Shown one piece after another: positions 60,293 to 64,000 of a stretch of DNA of 64,000 bases (position 1 is the stretch's first letter; each line of letters opens with the position of its first letter). Location of the stretch: assembly GCA_002189035.1 (NCBI GenBank), contig NEEC01000002.1, positions 5,890,001 through 5,954,000 of the forward strand. Reading direction: 5' to 3'. The DNA is from Utricularia gibba. Lineage: Eukaryota; Plantae; Magnoliophyta. The translations under genes and the position numbers were made by a program. Below the pieces are notes generated by a model that searched no databases, had not been told where the DNA came from, and saw only the letters and a program-made list of their open reading frames with translations.

Positions 60293-62686
60293 ATGGGTAA
60301 CACGAATTTCAACTTCACAGTCAGAACGTGGAGAAACGGCGGCGGCGGCGCCCGGACTGGAAAGCTGGAGGTGGGCGGCGCCTCTTTTGAAACTCCGGCC
60401 CTGCTTATCTCAACTCGCAAGGGTCTTCCGGCGTTTATTTCGCCGGACCTTTTATCTTCGCTTCCCATGCCGGATTCCTGCTTCCTCCAGTGTAGCCCAA
60501 TTCATTTGTATGTACGCTCTGTCTTTGTCTTCACCATTTTGGCTCTTAATCGCATGAGTGTATCTGCATGTTTCTAACTGTTGGTGGATTACCAGTTCTG
60601 AAAGCATGTCACTGAAGACTATCTCTGAACTGGGAGGGCTACACAAGATGCTTGGCTTGAAAGACCGTGTGTTCATGGCGGTTCCAAGGGATTCCATTAT
60701 TTCCCTTCCCGATTATCAAGGGACAAACAAGACCGGAGCTTCTTTTGATACACCTTCTGGTCGTCTCCTGGTAAATAACTTCAGGTTCCTTGTTTTTCTT
60801 CAGTTCTGGGCCTTGAGTAGTTACTAATAGAATAGCTGCGCAGATGAAACCATTGCAGTATGTTGAAATGATATCTTCATTGAAACCGAACATATGGGCA
60901 ACATTGTCTGACGAAGTTCCTGCCTGGGTATCTGAGAAAAGGAACAGATTGTCTGTTGATCGCTCAGTCAAATGGCTTGATGAATGCCTAGAGCTAAATC
61001 TCCGTTTCAATGTATGTGCCAACCCTTCTTTCCACACCATACAGCGTTACTTCCATATCACCTTTTTGTGTACTTTGACTAGTTCCATATAGACAGGTCA
61101 AGCCATATTTGGATCCATTGTAGGAGGATCAGACATTGAGGAACGTAAGCGCTCTGCACTGGAAGTTTCAAAGCGTGATGTATCAGGTTCACCTAACAAT
61201 TGGGGTCTTTGTCTTTGATGCATATATGCCATCATTCCAATAAGGCTAATAAAGAATGCTATCTATGAAGGCTTCTGCATTTCTGGATTTGGACTTGGGG
61301 AGAGTTTAGATCAACGACCTGCCATACTCAATGCTGTTACAGTAAGTATTCTGCCCCAGTGTTTCATCTTATTTGGAGTCCTCTTGAGGGCTGGTCTATT
61401 CAGAGCATCTTTTCTTCGAATCCCTCTGTGTATGATAATTTTACTAGATACCATATACTGAATCTGTGTAGCTCCTTGGACACCAACAAGTGAGTCTTTC
61501 ATTGCCTTGTTTTCCATGATTGTTGCTAGCCTGAACTGTATGCTCGTCTGTTTCTCTCCTTTAACTTGTTGTAGGAGTTTTTGATGGCCTTGAGTCTTTT
61601 CTATTCTTCCAGGGGGGCTTGCCCAAGGATAAACCACGCTATGTCTCTGGTTTAGGGCTTCCAGGTATTCAAAAAGATGATGCTTACACAGTATTTTGGA
61701 TTCTGATCTCTCTGGGTAGCCTTAGAACATCATTAGGCTGCATGTCTTGTTGTTAGTGTACCATATGATTGCAAGTCTGCTATGTAACTCACCATAAGAT
61801 CTACTGGTTCCATATCTTCTAGATGTAGGTGGCAAGGGCAGTCAATTGGAACCATATGAAATGATTCTAATCTCAATGTTTTTGACTTCGCAGAGGAAGT
61901 CTTGCAGGGAATCGCTGCAGGAGTCGACTTATTTGACTCTACGTATGCTGCAAGTCCTTTATAATCTGCAGTGAATTAGGACAAGATGCATTGTTTTCTT
62001 CACCTATTGTTGAAGTATGAAGTTACCTAACTGCAAATGTGTTCCAGGTACATTCACCATCTCACTGTTGAGGGATTTGCTCTCACGTTTCCCTTAAATG
62101 AAACCGGGCAATATGGTAGTGATGACTCTGGCCAGGATGGGACAAAGATCAACTTGAAAGCCACCATGTATAGGTAAAACTCATTCCTTTTCATCTTCAA
62201 CAATAACATCATCTGCACATTTCCATATCATACTGGAAGCAGTAGTATATTCTATGCCACTGGTTTGATGTCCAGCTCCTGCCGCCTTTAAGACTCCGGC
62301 GGCCATATATGCCCATCTTTTTTCTTGTTTGTGCAGGAAAGATGTATCGCCTGTACTAGAGGGCTGCAAGTGCTACACATGCCGGAATCACACGAAGGCT
62401 TACCTACACCACTTGTACAATGTCCATGAAATGCTCGCTCAGATTCTATTGGAAATGTATGTGCCTGCTACCTAACCCCTTCATCTTCTTCCTGTTTCGG
62501 TATATGCTTGTGTTCATTGTGGCCCATGGTGGTGTCTGTTCGCCCTTTTCCAGTCACAACACTCATCACTATCTGCTGTTCTTCCGTACCGTAAGAGAAT
62601 CGATCGACCATGGAGTTTTCATGAACTTCTTCAACCATTTTGTGGAGACTCGACGCTCTCATCTAGCTGCTGAACCCAGAAGCTGA
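60293..62686 (+). CDS. QTRT2: Queuine tRNA-ribosyltransferase accessory subunit 2 (QTRT2/QTRTD1-like), multi-exon
   Basis: [82 protein letters not shown], zinc site GCKCYTCRNHTKAYLHHL..HEMLAQILLEIHNTHHY. All exons splice in frame. Confidence 0.92.
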
Positions 62687-63103
62687 AATCCATTTCCGAC
62701 ACTTCAGGAGCCCTGCAATTTTGGTACAAAAGGTAACCAACCTTTGTTGCTGGAGGAGCTTCGGGAGTTGTGCTGTGTGTTATTCTTAATCAGGCAATAG
62801 CGTCATTGATATGTAGTTGTTTTGAAGCTCTTCCTGGATCTATCTTCTTTACATGGTCCAAGGCTCCGATCTTTGTTAGATATCGTGTGTGCATACCTTA
62901 TGAGTACCTAAATAGTTATCTGAACTAAGACAAAAAAAACCAACTGCCAATAACACATGCCATTCCATCATTCAATAAAAACTGAGCAAGTGCTGGTTAT
63001 TCAGTTTAGGTTAGCACATGAAAGGATGAAACCGACTGCTTCCTGAAAACACCCTCAAGCTGCATAGCTTTATTAGATGTAGCGTCTTCAGTACAAGATA
63101 TTC

Positions 63104-64000
63104 TTACTCCTGCAAATGAAATCAGATGTTATATGGTATAATGATTATCTGTATTTAGAGTTTCACTAGTTGCATGGCGTGAACGCATACCTCATCATCT
63201 TCATCGTTCTTTTTAAGGCGAGTCGTGCCACCCTCCTTGGTGATTGGTAGCTTCATAGGCCCGAAGGGGGTGGTCACACTTATATGTCCTTTCATGGTGT
63301 AACCAGTGCCTCGGCCTCGTATCATGTCCCAGACAGCTGAGCCACAGTCCTTGGGCCTAAAGGTAATGGGGATTTGTAGATCAGTGATACCATTCTTTTT
63401 AATTGTAGCATTCTCATTCAGATCAGCTCCACCAATGCTTATACCACCCAGCCAAACTTCATAGTCAAGATCGTTAAGCCCCAAGTCGAAATCATTCTTG
63501 TTATCCAGCTTCAAGTAAAGAGTGGCAACAGTTTCCTCAAAAGAAAATTTCACGAAATGTATCTTTTCTATGTCAATATCCGGCTTGTAAGGCACAGGGA
63601 TCTCTCCGGTTTTCTCAAGAGGCAGAGTTAGCCTCCCAAACACTGGAACATCCACAATCAGATCAACCTTGACTCTATAGGGGATGATGCTCCCAGGTTT
63701 GATGTCATTGTATGTGCTTTTTATATCATCATATACCAGACTAACAGGTATGTTGACCGTCTCAGAGCCATGAGCATGTATTGTCCCAGCATCAGGAATC
63801 AACCCCGAAACTAATTTCCTTCCATCACTCTCGATTAAATAGTTTATATCAACCAGAGGTATGGGGACAGGATTCGGATTGCTCACAAGAACATCAACAA
63901 CCACATCAGCCTTCTCCAGATTGATGTGTTTGATATGAACCCCAGAGACATCAGCGGATGGTTTGCCAAATCCTACTGTTTCTTCGATTTTCTCTCCTAT
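63104..64000 (-). CDS. Two-domain LEA_2 (LEA14/WHy-like) desiccation-related protein; 5' end lies beyond the window
   Basis: GFGKPSADVSG..VVDVLVSNPNPVPIPLVDINYLIESDGRKLVSGLIPDAGTIHAHGSETV..LDNKNDFDLGLNDLDYEVWL..RGTGYTMKG..GGTTRLKK..DDDE|E*. Last intron 63110-63190. Confidence 0.92.

Noticed and set aside
1-64000. CRISPR arrays, rRNA, snRNA (U1-U6), telomeric arrays, LTR retrotransposon ORFs
   Set aside because: None seen. There is no regularly spaced repeat-spacer pattern, and AAACCCTA occurs only as isolated promoter telo-boxes.

Overview
Gene-dense eudicot plant nuclear DNA with short introns and AT-rich spacers. I can support about 20 protein-coding genes, one intron-containing tRNA-Tyr(GUA), one NLR pseudogene and several MITE-like elements. 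In order: PTST3-like, tRNA-Tyr, ACR2/CDC25-like rhodanese, amidohydrolase-glutamine synthetase I fusion (NodGS/FluG-like), PLATZ, DUF1992, HD2 deacetylase, cytosolic aldolase, PTL-like trihelix, nuclear maturase nMAT3-like, RPS17, two tandem MRS2 Mg transporters, PUB22/23-like U-box ligase, NHL, MyoB7-like, JMJ22-like, FLA16/17-like, DUF547, NLR remnant, QTRT2-like, and a LEA_2 gene that runs off the end. The NLR N-terminus and the compact layout suggest a small-genome Lamiales species (inference). I found no convincing new multi-gene system, CRISPR array or prokaryotic element. The strongest novel signal is the MRS2 tandem: the copy with an intact ORF has the near-invariant GMN selectivity motif changed to AIN, while the copy that keeps GMN carries a 1-bp frameshift. 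Also notable are two AT-AC (U12-type) introns, a probable GC-AG intron, an NLR that has lost its NB-ARC domain, and three apparent single-base deletions that may be assembly errors. Family assignments come from motif recognition by eye; no database searches were run.
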